From a virus: DNA of 64,000 nucleotides. The position numbers and the translations under genes were made by a program. The stretch covers positions 74,551-138,550 of the IMG/VR virus record IMGVR_UViG_3300048014_000353; one strand, given 5' to 3'. Positions within the stretch are counted from its first letter, which is position 1. Each line of letters begins with the position of its first letter. The notes below the pieces were generated by a model. That model was not told where the DNA came from. It searched no databases and saw nothing but the letters and a program-made list of their open reading frames with translations. Positions 17,963 to 28,696 of this stretch are shown piece after piece.

Positions 17963-20302
17963 ATGGCCGCGACCGTTAGAATTCGGATCGTCGCGAACGT
18001 GGACGCCTCCTTGGCGAACGTGTTCACGCCCCTCACCACCGCGGCGAAGCGTGCGCGCGCCGCCGTGGGCGAAGAGATGGGCGCCGCTGCGGCGGCGGTC
18101 GGTCCGTACCGCACCGCCGCCCAAGGGGCTGCCGCGGCGACGACCGCGATCGCGACGACGGCGAAGCACACACAGACGGCGCTCGGGTCGCTCGCCGATG
18201 GCGCGGGCGAGAAGTTCGCGCATCTCGCGCGCGGCATCAAGGAGCTCCCGGCTGACCTCCGCACCGTGGCCTCGGTCGCGCAGGCGGAGCTGGCGAAGAT
18301 CGAGCGCGCGCAAGCACGCGCGGCGCTCGGACTCGGGCCGCAGCCGGGTGCGGCGTTCGCGCGATCGCTCGGCGGCGGCATCGGTCGCCAGATCGGCGGT
18401 CCGATCGGCAGCGCGCTCGGGCGCGAAGCCGGTAGCGCGCTCGGCGTCGGCGGCATGATCGCGGCGTTCCCGCTCGCGCGCCTCGCCATGGGCGCGGTGT
18501 CGGGCGCGGCGCGTCTCGGCGGGGACCTCATCCAGGGGCTCGGCGTGAACACGGACATCTCGTCGATGTTCGCGCAGCAGAAGAGCCTCGAGAGCCTCGC
18601 GACCAACGTGAGCGCGTTCGGTTACATGCCGAACGATCCACGCAACAGTACGCGCGTCGACTCGCAGGAGCTGGTCCACGAAGCGCGCGCGATCGGCGTC
18701 AGGACCGGCATCGATCCCACCCAGGCGCTGGAAGGCCTCGAGAAGTTCGTCGGCAAGACCGGCGACCTCAAGACCGGCCGCGATGCGCTTGAGGACCTCG
18801 CGCGCCTCTCGAAGGCATCCGGCGCAAACCTCAACCAGATGGTCAGCGCGGCGGGCGACGTCTCGAACGTTCTCGGCGACATCCCAGACAAGGGGAAGGT
18901 CATCTACGACGTGATGAAGCAGGTCGCCGGCGAAGGCAAGACCGGCGCCGTGCTCATCAAAGACCTCGCCACGCAGATGGCGAAGGTCGCGTCGGCCGCG
19001 CAGATGTTCGAGGGCGATCGCTCAAAGAACATCGGCGTCCTCGGCGCCATCGCGCAGGAGGCACGCGGACGCGGCGGCGCGGCGAGCGCCAACCAGGCCG
19101 CGACCGCCGTGCAGGGGTTCACGAACGTCTTCGGCAAGCACGCGCGCGTCGAGGCGTTCAAGGGCTTCGGCGTCGAGCTCCGCGGCAAGACCGGCCAGCT
19201 CCGGGAAGCCGACGACATCATCGTGGACACGCTCAACGCCGCCATGCGTGGCGGAACGAAAATGAGCGGAGGGAAACACTCTCACGCGGTGAAGATCGAC
19301 GGCGGCGTCAAGGAGTACGCGAACAACTGGCGCCAGATGTTCGCCGACGTGAGTTCCCAGCGGGCCGTCGCCGGCTTCAGCGCCACGTACCTCGATGCCT
19401 ACAACGCGTCGAAGGCCAACACGCAACAGGGGCGGATGGAGGAGGCGACTGCCGCGGTCCGCGCGGAGTTCGAGCGCCTCACCTCGTCCGCCATGAGCGA
19501 GAAGGAGGTCCAGGACTCCTTCGCGAAAGCGATGGCCACGAGCGAGAGCCAGGTCACGGTCTTCAACAACCAGATCTCCGACACCGCCGCGAACCTCGAA
19601 AAGGCACTCCTCCCGGCGCTCCTCGAACTCGCGCCCGACCTCGTTCTTCTGGCGCAGGGGGCGGCCGGCGCCGCCGCCGCGCTTCTCGGCGTCAGCCTTC
19701 CGAAGCCGAAGAGCGCCGAAGACCGCGAGCTCGATCGGGACAAGGGCGGCGTGCGCGCGGCCCAGGAGGCACTCGACAAGGTGCAAGCCGCCGACGACGC
19801 GCGTGCGGTCCCCGGTCAGGAGTTCGAGTACGGCAAGGGGCCGATCGCCCCGAACAAGCTGCTCGACCTTCCGCTCCCGGTGAAGCCGACGCCGTTTCCC
19901 GACGAGGTCGCGCGCCAGATCAAAGAGACCGAGGCGCGCGAGTTTGGAGAGCGGACCGAGGGCGAATCGAAGATCGCGGGCGCCCGACAGAAGCTCGCGG
20001 CGCTCGGCGTCCCGGTGGACAAGATCACCGACGACGACCTCCAGAACCTCACCAAGTACGGCTCGTCGGGAATCACCGACGGGATGCACATCGACGCGAC
20101 TCAAGTGCAGGAGGCCTCCAAGCAGATGCAGGAGGGCAAGGCCGAGGTCGCCGACGCGCAGAAGAACATCGACCTCGCCAAGGCGGTCGAGAGCGGCGTC
20201 GTCGCGGCCTTCAACCGCGGCCTCTTCGTGAAGACCGACGCTCCGCCGGTGACCGCACCGGACCCGAACGCCAGCAAGCGTATGCCGGCCGACTCCCAGT
20301 GA
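17963..20302 (+). CDS. Tape measure protein
   Basis: 779 aa Ala/Gly-rich helical; position between chaperones and gp43-like gene. Confidence 0.85.
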   Translation: MAATVRIRIVANVDASLANVFTPLTTAAKRARAAVGEEMGAAAAAVGPYRTAAQGAAAATTAIATTAKHTQTALGSLADGAGEKFAHLARGIKELPADLRTVASVAQAELAKIERAQARAALGLGPQPGAAFARSLGGGIGRQIGGPIGSALGREAGSALGVGGMIAAFPLARLAMGAVSGAARLGGDLIQGLGVNTDISSMFAQQKSLESLATNVSAFGYMPNDPRNSTRVDSQELVHEARAIGVRTGIDPTQALEGLEKFVGKTGDLKTGRDALEDLARLSKASGANLNQMVSAAGDVSNVLGDIPDKGKVIYDVMKQVAGEGKTGAVLIKDLATQMAKVASAAQMFEGDRSKNIGVLGAIAQEARGRGGAASANQAATAVQGFTNVFGKHARVEAFKGFGVELRGKTGQLREADDIIVDTLNAAMRGGTKMSGGKHSHAVKIDGGVKEYANNWRQMFADVSSQRAVAGFSATYLDAYNASKANTQQGRMEEATAAVRAEFERLTSSAMSEKEVQDSFAKAMATSESQVTVFNNQISDTAANLEKALLPALLELAPDLVLLAQGAAGAAAALLGVSLPKPKSAEDRELDRDKGGVRAAQEALDKVQAADDARAVPGQEFEYGKGPIAPNKLLDLPLPVKPTPFPDEVARQIKETEAREFGERTEGESKIAGARQKLAALGVPVDKITDDDLQNLTKYGSSGITDGMHIDATQVQEASKQMQEGKAEVADAQKNIDLAKAVESGVVAAFNRGLFVKTDAPPVTAPDPNASKRMPADSQ

Positions 20303-20317
20303 GGCTGACGTGATCCG

Positions 20318-21259
20318 ATGCCCGGACCTTCCCCGCAGGACAGCCTTCAGCCGTTCTCCTTCGCAGGGAGCATCTTGCCCTGCGAGGACTATGAGGTGGA
20401 GGGCGGTCTGAGGGACCACGTCCACGAATACAGCCACGTGGACGGCGGAGACCCGGAGAAGCTCGGCCGTTCGCTCTACCAGATCACGGCGACCATCAAC
20501 TTTCAGGCGAAGTTGACCCGTTATCCGGGGCTCTGGCCGAACATCCTCAATGCGCTCACGACGATGTGGGAGCAGGGAACGACGTCCACGCTGGTCGTTC
20601 CGTCGATCGGTCCCATCCAAGCCTACGCGCTGAAGTGGAACCGGAAGTGGACCGCGCGCGTTCGAAGCGGCGAGCGCGTCACGCTCCGCTTCCGCGAAGA
20701 CGCCACCAACCTCCCGCTGCCCATCACGGTGAGCCAGCCCTCGCCGGCGTCGATCGCGACGGGCGCGAGCGCGTTGTCGGCCACGCTCGCCCAGGCGCAG
20801 GGTCTCGACACGACAGACACGAACCTGTTCGACCAGCTGCAAACGCTGGTCAACAGCCTCACCGCCGTCACCGACACCGCGTCGCTCTACGGCAACCTCG
20901 TCGCCGCGCGCGTGCAGCAGCTCATCTCGCTCTGCCAGCAGATCGACGCGCTGCCGCATATGCAGTCGCCGCTGAACTGGCCGGTGATGGAGGCTCTCCA
21001 CCAGGTCTGGGGGAGCTCGGTGCAGTACTCGACCGACCTCCAGAGCCAGAACCTCACGCTGTCCTTCTGGACCGTGCCGACCCTCATGACGATCGCCGCC
21101 ATCTCCGTCCGCCTCTACGGCGACTCGAGCCAAGTGCCGAACCTCCTCGCCAACAACACCGGCGCCTTCGCGGACCCCCTGGCCATTCCGGCTGGCACCG
21201 AGATCGCGTACTACCCGTCGGTCGCGAGCCTCGCCCTCAGCAATCGGGTGAGCGGATGA
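20318..21259 (+). CDS. Mu gp43-like DNA circularisation N-terminal domain protein with LysM-like C-terminus
   Basis: PFSF.G..........GG.R.HVHEY...DG...E.LGR....I...F; C-terminal I...LYGD......L..NN. Confidence 0.8.
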   Translation: MPGPSPQDSLQPFSFAGSILPCEDYEVEGGLRDHVHEYSHVDGGDPEKLGRSLYQITATINFQAKLTRYPGLWPNILNALTTMWEQGTTSTLVVPSIGPIQAYALKWNRKWTARVRSGERVTLRFREDATNLPLPITVSQPSPASIATGASALSATLAQAQGLDTTDTNLFDQLQTLVNSLTAVTDTASLYGNLVAARVQQLISLCQQIDALPHMQSPLNWPVMEALHQVWGSSVQYSTDLQSQNLTLSFWTVPTLMTIAAISVRLYGDSSQVPNLLANNTGAFADPLAIPAGTEIAYYPSVASLALSNRVSG

Positions 21260-22548
21260 CGCGCGGGCCGGATGTCGGAGGGATCAACGACCGCGTGCGC
21301 CTGATCCTGGGCGGCGATGAGGTACTCATCGCGGAAGACTGGGACGTGTACGAGGGCGTGCTCGAGACCCCCGGCACGTTCTCCCTCACGCTCGGCGCCA
21401 ACACGCCGTTCGTGGACATGTTCATCCGGCCGCAGCTTCAGAGCCCGTACCCCTACGGCCCAAAGTACCCGCCCGGCGTCCCGTTCGTGCTGGAGGTCGA
21501 TGGCCATCCGCAGATGGCGGGCAAGTACGAGGGGTGGCACTTCGCCGAGGGCGACTCCAACCGCATCACGCTGAAGGGGCGTGACCAGCTGGGGTCGCTC
21601 CTCAAGGCGCACTCCGAGTCTCAGCGGAGCTTCCTCAACGGGACCTACAGCGAGATGGTCCAGTGGGCCATCGACCAGGTCGCCAACGGTCAGCAATACA
21701 CGCTCGTCCAATCGAACGCCGCCTCCCGCCAGATCAAGGCGGGCATTCCGATCTCCGTCATCTCCGAGCCGACGCTCGTGGACGAGGTGAACTCGGGCGC
21801 GACGAGCGGAGGGGAATTCGACGGGACCGACGGCGCGACCGTCGGCGCCGTCGTCACGACCGAGAAGCAAAACCGCATCCACGAGAACCTCCTGCACTTC
21901 TGCCGCAGGCACCTGGATCGCGCGGGGCTGTTTCTTTGGTCGGGCCAGGCGCCCGGGCTCTACATCCTCTCGCAGCCCAACGGGCAGCAGAAGCCGATCT
22001 ACCGCATCACACGGAAGCGCGGCCAAGTTCAGAACTCCAACGTCATCCGGGCGTCGTATTGGTACGACACCTCCGACCGGCATTCGCAGTACACGGTCTA
22101 CGGGCGGGGCGGGGGAGGCGTCGCGGGTCGGAGCAAGGTCCATGAGACCTATACCGACGACGAGATGTACAACTTCTCGCAGCTGCCGGGGAACCTCGGC
22201 TTCAACGAGGAGATCCTCTACCGCGACGTGAACGTCGAGAACCGGCAGCAAGCCGCGTTCTACGGCCTTCGCAAGGCAGCGGAGGAACGTCGGCGCGGCT
22301 GGGGCCTGGTCTACACCGTGCGCGGTCACCGCGCGCCGGGCATCAACCCGGGCGACCCGTGGCCGGTGCTCACGATCGACACGACCATCATGGTCGACGA
22401 CGACGAGTTTGCACTCGGTCCGTCGGACCCGGAGGGCGGGATCTACTACGTCGAGAGCGTGCGGCGCATGCGCCGCCCCGAGACGTGCACGCAGATTCGG
22501 CTCATGCGCATCCGCGACCTCATCTTCGGAACCGGCGGGATTGCCTGA
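21256..22548 (+). CDS. Baseplate hub (Mu gp44/P-like)
   Basis: ATGA overlap; PG.FSL.LG, ITLKGRD..G.L, Y.V.GH motifs; synteny. Confidence 0.8.
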   Translation: MTRGPDVGGINDRVRLILGGDEVLIAEDWDVYEGVLETPGTFSLTLGANTPFVDMFIRPQLQSPYPYGPKYPPGVPFVLEVDGHPQMAGKYEGWHFAEGDSNRITLKGRDQLGSLLKAHSESQRSFLNGTYSEMVQWAIDQVANGQQYTLVQSNAASRQIKAGIPISVISEPTLVDEVNSGATSGGEFDGTDGATVGAVVTTEKQNRIHENLLHFCRRHLDRAGLFLWSGQAPGLYILSQPNGQQKPIYRITRKRGQVQNSNVIRASYWYDTSDRHSQYTVYGRGGGGVAGRSKVHETYTDDEMYNFSQLPGNLGFNEEILYRDVNVENRQQAAFYGLRKAAEERRRGWGLVYTVRGHRAPGINPGDPWPVLTIDTTIMVDDDEFALGPSDPEGGIYYVESVRRMRRPETCTQIRLMRIRDLIFGTGGIA

Positions 22549-23396
22549 TGGCGAACGCATTCGAGTGGGATATCGGCGTCGCGATGCTGACGACGTACGA
22601 CCCCGACGGGTTCGTATCGACGCAGGTGGACGCGCCGGGCGAGAACAACGCGCAGGTTCACTCCTACGAGAACCACTTCCCGTACGGCCTGTACGCGCGC
22701 GCGAGCGACGCGCCGCTCGACGGCAACTCCGCCCCCGACCCGACCAAGAGCCATCAGGTGCTCTACGCGCTCGAAGGGGGGCAAGGCCACTCCTGGCCGA
22801 TGGAGAACCCGAGCATCATCTCGCTGCTGCCGACGCTCCAGCCGGGCGAGTCGCTTTTCTACGGCCCGATGGGCCAGTTCGTTCGCACGACCATCGACGG
22901 CCACATTCTCATGTGGACGCCCGGGACCGGCGGCGGCCCCGACCAAAGCCTGATGTTCGGGCCCGACGGATTCTCGGTGAGCGGCAGCTGGGGGAAGATC
23001 CAGCTCGACGAGAACGGCATCACGCTCCAGACGGCCGCGGGCGCGCGCATCGACCTCGGCGCGGCCGGCGGCATCCCCGCGCCCACGTCGGCCATCGGCA
23101 CGCACATCACGATGCAGGCCGGCGCGATCGACGCGCAATGCACGGGCTTCTCCGCCGGGCCCGACACCTCCGCCGGTGGCATTGCGGCGCCCCTGCCCAA
23201 CGGGATCTTCCTGATGGCGTGGATGCTGTCGGTGAACGCGGCGCTCACGGCCATCGCGAGCACGATTCAGGCGGGGGGCGTCACGTCGATGGGCCCGGCT
23301 CAGTTCCCGACCGCCGCTGCGGTCGTGGCCGCGGTCGCGTCGGTCATCCCCCCGACGCCCGTCACGCTCTACACCAACGCCAACGGGATGTTCTGA
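22548..23396 (+). CDS. Baseplate spike (Mu gp45/gpV-like)
   Basis: TGATG overlap; PYG...R.P, LQPGES..Y motifs; beta-repeat C-terminus. Confidence 0.7.
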   Translation: MANAFEWDIGVAMLTTYDPDGFVSTQVDAPGENNAQVHSYENHFPYGLYARASDAPLDGNSAPDPTKSHQVLYALEGGQGHSWPMENPSIISLLPTLQPGESLFYGPMGQFVRTTIDGHILMWTPGTGGGPDQSLMFGPDGFSVSGSWGKIQLDENGITLQTAAGARIDLGAAGGIPAPTSAIGTHITMQAGAIDAQCTGFSAGPDTSAGGIAAPLPNGIFLMAWMLSVNAALTAIASTIQAGGVTSMGPAQFPTAAAVVAAVASVIPPTPVTLYTNANGMF

Positions 23397-23399
23397 CCG

Positions 23400-23663
23400 A
23401 TGCCGGATCCGCAGCGCTGCATCTCGCCGCCGAGCGTCTCGGTGCCCAGCCTGCCCGGGCCGTTCTCGGCCAAGGCCTCCTTCTCGCTGAGCATCTCCTA
23501 CAACCCAAAGTTCTGCTGCAAGCTCCCGCCGCTGCCCAGCCCCCACATTCCCGTGAACCTGCCGGCGATTCTCATCAATCCGGCCATCACGGTGATCAAG
23601 CAGGTCACGGCCATCATCCAGGCGTTTCTGAACCAGTTGCAGGTTCGTTGCCCGAGGCTCTAA
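23400..23663 (+). CDS. Small Pro/Cys-rich protein (possible spike-associated)
   Basis: Directly after spike gene. Confidence 0.45.
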   Translation: MPDPQRCISPPSVSVPSLPGPFSAKASFSLSISYNPKFCCKLPPLPSPHIPVNLPAILINPAITVIKQVTAIIQAFLNQLQVRCPRL

Positions 23664-23667
23664 CCCC

Positions 23668-24219
23668 ATGGGTGCAGGTATCTTCCCGGCCGGCGTCGGC
23701 CGCGCGGGGTCCAATCCCGTGCAGGCGCCATCGCCGCAGTACACCGCGCCCTTCTACGGCGGCCTCGTCGCCGCGGTCCCGGGAACGTACCCGCTCGTGC
23801 TCGAGTACGTGCCCAGCCCCCAAGGGGGACCCGGCTTCGTGCAGAACACCAACGGCACGCTGAGTGGTGTCCATCCCGTCGACCAGCAGGTCGCGCTCGC
23901 GCTCTTCATCGAGCTCGGCAGCATCCCGAGCGCGCCGGAGATCGGCTCGAAGCTGCGCACGGTCTTGTCGCGCACCGATCCGCAGCAGGCCTACCAGACC
24001 GCGCTCGATGAAGTGAACCGGGCGCTCGCGCTTCTCTACGCCCAGAAGGCCATCACGCTCCTGTCCTTCGCGCTCGACCAGAGCACGCCGGGACGCTCCA
24101 TCCTCGCCATCGGGTACACCAACTTGCTCGACCCTCGCTACAACCCCAACAACCCGGCGCTGAGCAACACGGGAAGCGTGGGCGTGGCGGGGAACCGTAC
24201 GCTGACGGGGAGCGCCTAA
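23668..24219 (+). CDS. Baseplate wedge protein (Mu gp46/gp25-like)
   Basis: HPVDQQV.LAL....GS....P.IGS.L motif; precedes J-like gene. Confidence 0.7.
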   Translation: MGAGIFPAGVGRAGSNPVQAPSPQYTAPFYGGLVAAVPGTYPLVLEYVPSPQGGPGFVQNTNGTLSGVHPVDQQVALALFIELGSIPSAPEIGSKLRTVLSRTDPQQAYQTALDEVNRALALLYAQKAITLLSFALDQSTPGRSILAIGYTNLLDPRYNPNNPALSNTGSVGVAGNRTLTGSA

Positions 24220-25718
24220 TGCCGCTCGACACCCTTCCCGGATCGCTCACCGTCCCCGGCCGAAACCAAGAGCGCGATCGCTACCGCTCCAACTACCTGC
24301 TCCGGAACCCGGGCGTCCCGACCGGGGAGGGGACCCAGGTGTGGATCGACGCGAGCGTGACGGCCGACCAGACGGCGGTCATCTACGCGAACGCGGTCCT
24401 CATCGCCAACAGCGTCACGCGCGCGACCTCCATTGGGCCGCAGCTCGACGCGTGGGCGGCCGCCGCCGGCACGATTCGCCAGCCCGCGGTCGGCGCGAGC
24501 GGCTCGGTCATCATCACGGCGGGGGCGACCGGCACGCAGATCCTGGCCGGCGACGAGCTCACGGTCAACGGCACCCGCTACGAGTGCGCCGCCACGGGCA
24601 CGTACCTCGACGGCGCGAACGTTCCGGTCACCGGAATCGACACAGGCTACGGGACCAACCAGCCCCCGGGCACGGTCCTCACGTGGACCGCGCCCCGACC
24701 GGGGTGCGCCACGACCGCGACTGTCTACGAGCAGGAGGACGGCGACGGGCTCACGGGCGGCGCGCCCGCCGAGACCGACTTCCAGCTCCGGACGCGGCTC
24801 GACAACCTCGCGGCCAACCCGCCGGCGAGCGGCAACGACGCGCAGTACCAGCTCCTCATCGGCACGACGCCGAACGTGGCTGTGCAGCAGCCGTTCACCT
24901 ACCCGTGCATCAAGGGAGCGGGGAGCAAGGGGATCACGGCCACCCTGCGCCCGGCGCAGAGCGGCGCATCGCGCATCCCGAACAGCACGCAGCTGAACGC
25001 CATCGCGTCGTGGTGCAAGGGGCAGATGCCCGCCGACGACGGGATCTTTCTCATCACGCTGGTCGCCAACCCGGTCAACGTGAACATGGAGCTCGCCTGG
25101 ACACCGGGCGCCGGCTCGTGGGCGGACGCCGCGCCCTGGCCTCCGTACGTGTCGGGCGCGCAGATCGCGGTCGATGCCTCGCAGCCCGCGACCGCGACCA
25201 GCTTCTCGCTCACGGGGAACAACGGTACGAACGTCGCCCCCGTCGTCGGGCAGTCCATCGCCATGCTCGACCTGCCAAACCTCGTATTTAGGCAGAAGAA
25301 GATCCTGACGGTGACGGCGTCCGGCACCGACTGGGTCATCACGGTCGATACGACCAACGGGGTCTCCGACACGAGCTACACCCCGTTCGGTGGCCAGATC
25401 GTAGGCCCGTGGAGCACGGCGCTCAACAGCGTCGTGCAGACCGCCGTGGGCTACTTCGACGGCCTCGGACCCGGCGAGATGGTCAACTCCTTCGTCGACC
25501 CGGGCCTGCGCCAGCGCCGCAGCCCGTCGTCCCCCGGCACCTGGCCGAATCAGATCACCAACCGCGTGCTGTCGGCGCTCTTTGACCTCGACGCGATCGA
25601 GGACGTCGCGCTCCTCGACCCCGCGATTCCGTTCGTGGCGCCGTCGGGTAACCCGGGCGTGAGCGCCTATATGAACACGCTCAACAACCTCGCGTTCTTC
25701 GCCGAGGCGCTCACGTGA
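24219..25718 (+). CDS. Baseplate J-like protein (Mu gp47)
   Basis: LD.WA...G..R.PA..ASG.V, G..GN, LTGGA..ETD..LR.R, P.SGN...Y motifs. Confidence 0.88.
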   Translation: MPLDTLPGSLTVPGRNQERDRYRSNYLLRNPGVPTGEGTQVWIDASVTADQTAVIYANAVLIANSVTRATSIGPQLDAWAAAAGTIRQPAVGASGSVIITAGATGTQILAGDELTVNGTRYECAATGTYLDGANVPVTGIDTGYGTNQPPGTVLTWTAPRPGCATTATVYEQEDGDGLTGGAPAETDFQLRTRLDNLAANPPASGNDAQYQLLIGTTPNVAVQQPFTYPCIKGAGSKGITATLRPAQSGASRIPNSTQLNAIASWCKGQMPADDGIFLITLVANPVNVNMELAWTPGAGSWADAAPWPPYVSGAQIAVDASQPATATSFSLTGNNGTNVAPVVGQSIAMLDLPNLVFRQKKILTVTASGTDWVITVDTTNGVSDTSYTPFGGQIVGPWSTALNSVVQTAVGYFDGLGPGEMVNSFVDPGLRQRRSPSSPGTWPNQITNRVLSALFDLDAIEDVALLDPAIPFVAPSGNPGVSAYMNTLNNLAFFAEALT

Positions 25719-26416
25719 GCTTCGCGCAGCTGAGTCCCGGCCTGTCCCCTTGGGACTTGCCGACGGCGCGCCGCCCGATCCTCGCCGACTTCAACAACTG
25801 CCCCGTCCAGAACGACGCGCTCAACCCGCCCATCCCGGGCGCGATGATGACCGCACCGCAGTGGCAGATGACCGACGCCCTGATGGTGGCGCTGGCGCGC
25901 GTCACCCCCAGCGCACGCATCAGCGTGGCCGCAGGCACGACTCCGAAGATCGTTGGGTGCCAGACGGCCGGCAACACCCTGTCGTCGGCCAACTTCGTCG
26001 TCACGCGGAACGCGGCGGGCGACTACTCGATCACCTGGGCCCAGCCCTCGAGCGCGACCACCTGGTCGCCCGCGTCGACGTACGCGACCGGCGCGTTCGT
26101 GCTGCCCCCCCAAGCGACGGGATTTTACTACAAGGCGACGACCGGCGGCACAAGCGCGATCACGCAACCCATCTGGCCGATGGCCGTGGGCGCAACGGTC
26201 ACCGACGGCACCACCACCTGGACGTGCTGGGGCATCGTGAGCTCGCTCCCCACACCGGCGTCCCAGCCGAGCGCGCGGCTCAACGCGCCCGCCGGGCTCA
26301 CGAACCTGAACACGGCCGCGTCGGTGAGCGCCATCAACATCCCAAACGGCGTGCGCGTGACGACCGCGCTGCAGACGCTGCTCGCGGACGTCAACTTCAC
26401 CGTCGATCTCTGGTGA
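25715..26416 (+). CDS. Baseplate/fibre-associated protein, paralog A, with CBM-like module
   Basis: Colinear paralog of the 26424 ORF. Confidence 0.6.
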   Translation: MSFAQLSPGLSPWDLPTARRPILADFNNCPVQNDALNPPIPGAMMTAPQWQMTDALMVALARVTPSARISVAAGTTPKIVGCQTAGNTLSSANFVVTRNAAGDYSITWAQPSSATTWSPASTYATGAFVLPPQATGFYYKATTGGTSAITQPIWPMAVGATVTDGTTTWTCWGIVSSLPTPASQPSARLNAPAGLTNLNTAASVSAINIPNGVRVTTALQTLLADVNFTVDLW

Positions 26417-26423
26417 CCCACCC

Positions 26424-27158
26424 ATGACCACGGCTGTCATCGAATCCAGCCCCGGCATCAGCACGTGGGACGTCCTGCCGACGCCCTACCGCCCCGGGGT
26501 CGCGGACTTCAACGGCGCGGCCCTCACCGACGACCCCGACGCGCCGCCGAACCCGAACGAGTTCCCGACCGCCAACCAGATGAACACCGAGGCGCTGGTG
26601 CTCGTCTCGATCGGCAAGATGGTGCCGAACGCGCGCCTCAGCATTCTCGCCGGCGCGACGCCGTCGATCCTCTACTGCACCGCGGCCGGCAGCAACGTGA
26701 CCGCGTCGAGCTTCGTCGTCACGCGGAACGCCGCGGGCGACTACTCGATCACCTGGGCCCAGCCCTCGGGCACGCTCACGTGGTCCGCCCTCACGGCGTA
26801 CGCGGTCGGCACGTTCGTGCAGCCGACGAGCGCCGCGACGACGGGCTTCTACTACAAGGCGACGGCGATCTCCGGCACCGGCACATCGGGCACGACGCAG
26901 CCCACGTGGCCGACGACGATCGGCGGCACGATCGTGGACAACGCGGGTGCCAATCAGATCACATGGACGTGCATCGGCCCCATCACGCCGATGCCCGCGC
27001 CCGTCGCGCAGCCCGACGCGTACATCAACCTCGCCTCGGGGCTCGATGGCGTGCACGCGTTCTCGATCAGCGCCATCAACATCCCAAACGGCGTGCGCGT
27101 GACGACCGCGCAGGGAAGCGCGCTCACTGACATCAACTTCACCGTGAGCATGTACTAA
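26424..27158 (+). CDS. Baseplate/fibre-associated protein, paralog B, with CBM-like module
   Basis: Shares FVVTRNAAGDYSITWAQPS and SAINIPNGVRVTTA with the 25715 ORF. Confidence 0.6.
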   Translation: MTTAVIESSPGISTWDVLPTPYRPGVADFNGAALTDDPDAPPNPNEFPTANQMNTEALVLVSIGKMVPNARLSILAGATPSILYCTAAGSNVTASSFVVTRNAAGDYSITWAQPSGTLTWSALTAYAVGTFVQPTSAATTGFYYKATAISGTGTSGTTQPTWPTTIGGTIVDNAGANQITWTCIGPITPMPAPVAQPDAYINLASGLDGVHAFSISAINIPNGVRVTTAQGSALTDINFTVSMY

Positions 27159-27161
27159 GCC

Positions 27162-28637
27162 GTGCCGCACTTCCTCTCGGCGTTTACCCCGATGGGGATG
27201 CTCCGCTTGTCCAGCAAGCTGAGCCCCGTCGAGCTCTGGTACAACGCGATCAACGATGCCTACGGCCCCGGCTACAGCCCGGTGGCAGGGTCGCATCAGG
27301 ACGCGAGCAACTACGCCCGCGCGCGCGCCTTCGCCCGCGCCGACGCCGCCGCGCAGCGCGCGGGCAACAACCGCAACGGCGCGACCGCCCTCGAGCTGAT
27401 CCCGCTCCTCGAAGCGGACTACGAGATCTCGCCCGCCGCGACCGCGACCATCACCCAGCGCCAAGCGGCCATCGCCGCCGCCCAGGCGCTGCCGGGGGGG
27501 GCGAGCTTCTCGAACGTCGCCGCCGTACTCGCGTCAGTGCTGGGTACCGACTTCGTGGCGTACCGGCCGCTGGCGACCACGGAGGCGTCAACGTACCCCG
27601 TCTGGCCGGGCGCTACAGCGACGCTGAAGAGCAACCCGACCCTAGGGATGCAGCCCGTCAAGATGTGCGTCTTGACCGAGCCCGTGGGCCAAACCATCCC
27701 CGTCAACGGAGAGCCCACCCTCGTCGGGTACACCGATCTGCAGCCAGCGCCCAAGGGCATCGACGCGAGTGGCAGCCTGCTCGCCCTCTCCGCCTGGGCG
27801 TCGACGACGTCCTACACCACGGGCCAGATCCTCGGTCCGCAGAGCCCCAACGGCTTCGCCTACGTCTGCACGACCGCAGGCACCAGCGGGACGCTCGAGC
27901 CATCGTTCCCGCGCTTCGCGCGTGCCAACGTAACCGATGGTTCGGTCGTCTGGACGTGCATCGGCACGACCCAGAGCGTCGGCGGGTCGCTGCTCGCCTA
28001 CCCGTCTCCGTGGAGCGCTAGCATCCCGGCCCTGGCGGCGATCGTGGTCCAGCCCGACGCGCAGCCCAACGGCCTCGCCTACCAGTGCACGACCGCGGGC
28101 GTCACCGGCGCGACCGAGCCGACGTGGCCCACGGTCGTGGGACAAACCGTCGTCGATGGGACTGCGGTGTGGGAGTGCGTCTCGGTGCTGGCTCCCACGC
28201 CCGGCGAAACGGACCTTGCCGCCGGCGACGTCGTCGTCGTGCAGGGCGAGAACACGTGCCTATCGGAGGTCGTGACCGTGATCGCTACGGTGGGCACCGG
28301 TTCGCAGCGGTACTTCTATGCGCCGTTCCAGTACGCGCACGACGCGGGCGCCACCGTCACGACGATGGACTGGCCCTATGCGTGGTCCACGCAGCGCTTC
28401 GCCTTCGTCGTCGTCTCGGCCGCCGCCGCCGTCGATCCGGTGCGCCGGAATCTCGTACACACGTGGATGCGCAAGCTCGCCCGCGGTGTCTCGCAGTGGG
28501 CCATCGTCCCCGCGGGCGTCCCCATCGGCGGGGCGGGGGAGTCGCTCATTACGCCGTTCGCCTTCGGCACGTCCCCGCTGGGCACGGCGCCCCTCGGCAA
28601 CACGTTCGAGTACTGGCCGACGCAAGCCGGGCGGTGA
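27162..28637 (+). CDS. Mu gp48/YmfQ-like baseplate protein with two CBM-like modules
   Basis: A.ELIP.LE.DY.I.......I.QRQ.A......GG.S pattern; two internal modules. Confidence 0.65.
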   Translation: MPHFLSAFTPMGMLRLSSKLSPVELWYNAINDAYGPGYSPVAGSHQDASNYARARAFARADAAAQRAGNNRNGATALELIPLLEADYEISPAATATITQRQAAIAAAQALPGGASFSNVAAVLASVLGTDFVAYRPLATTEASTYPVWPGATATLKSNPTLGMQPVKMCVLTEPVGQTIPVNGEPTLVGYTDLQPAPKGIDASGSLLALSAWASTTSYTTGQILGPQSPNGFAYVCTTAGTSGTLEPSFPRFARANVTDGSVVWTCIGTTQSVGGSLLAYPSPWSASIPALAAIVVQPDAQPNGLAYQCTTAGVTGATEPTWPTVVGQTVVDGTAVWECVSVLAPTPGETDLAAGDVVVVQGENTCLSEVVTVIATVGTGSQRYFYAPFQYAHDAGATVTTMDWPYAWSTQRFAFVVVSAAAAVDPVRRNLVHTWMRKLARGVSQWAIVPAGVPIGGAGESLITPFAFGTSPLGTAPLGNTFEYWPTQAGR

Positions 28638-28696
28638 ATCGAGCTTGCGGTGCATCCGACTCGGATGCGAGGCATCGGGACCCGGAGGTTTTTCCC

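Noticed and set aside
12308-28637. eCIS or tailocin
   Set aside because: Portal, protease, capsid and neck genes are present, so this is a complete phage morphogenesis module
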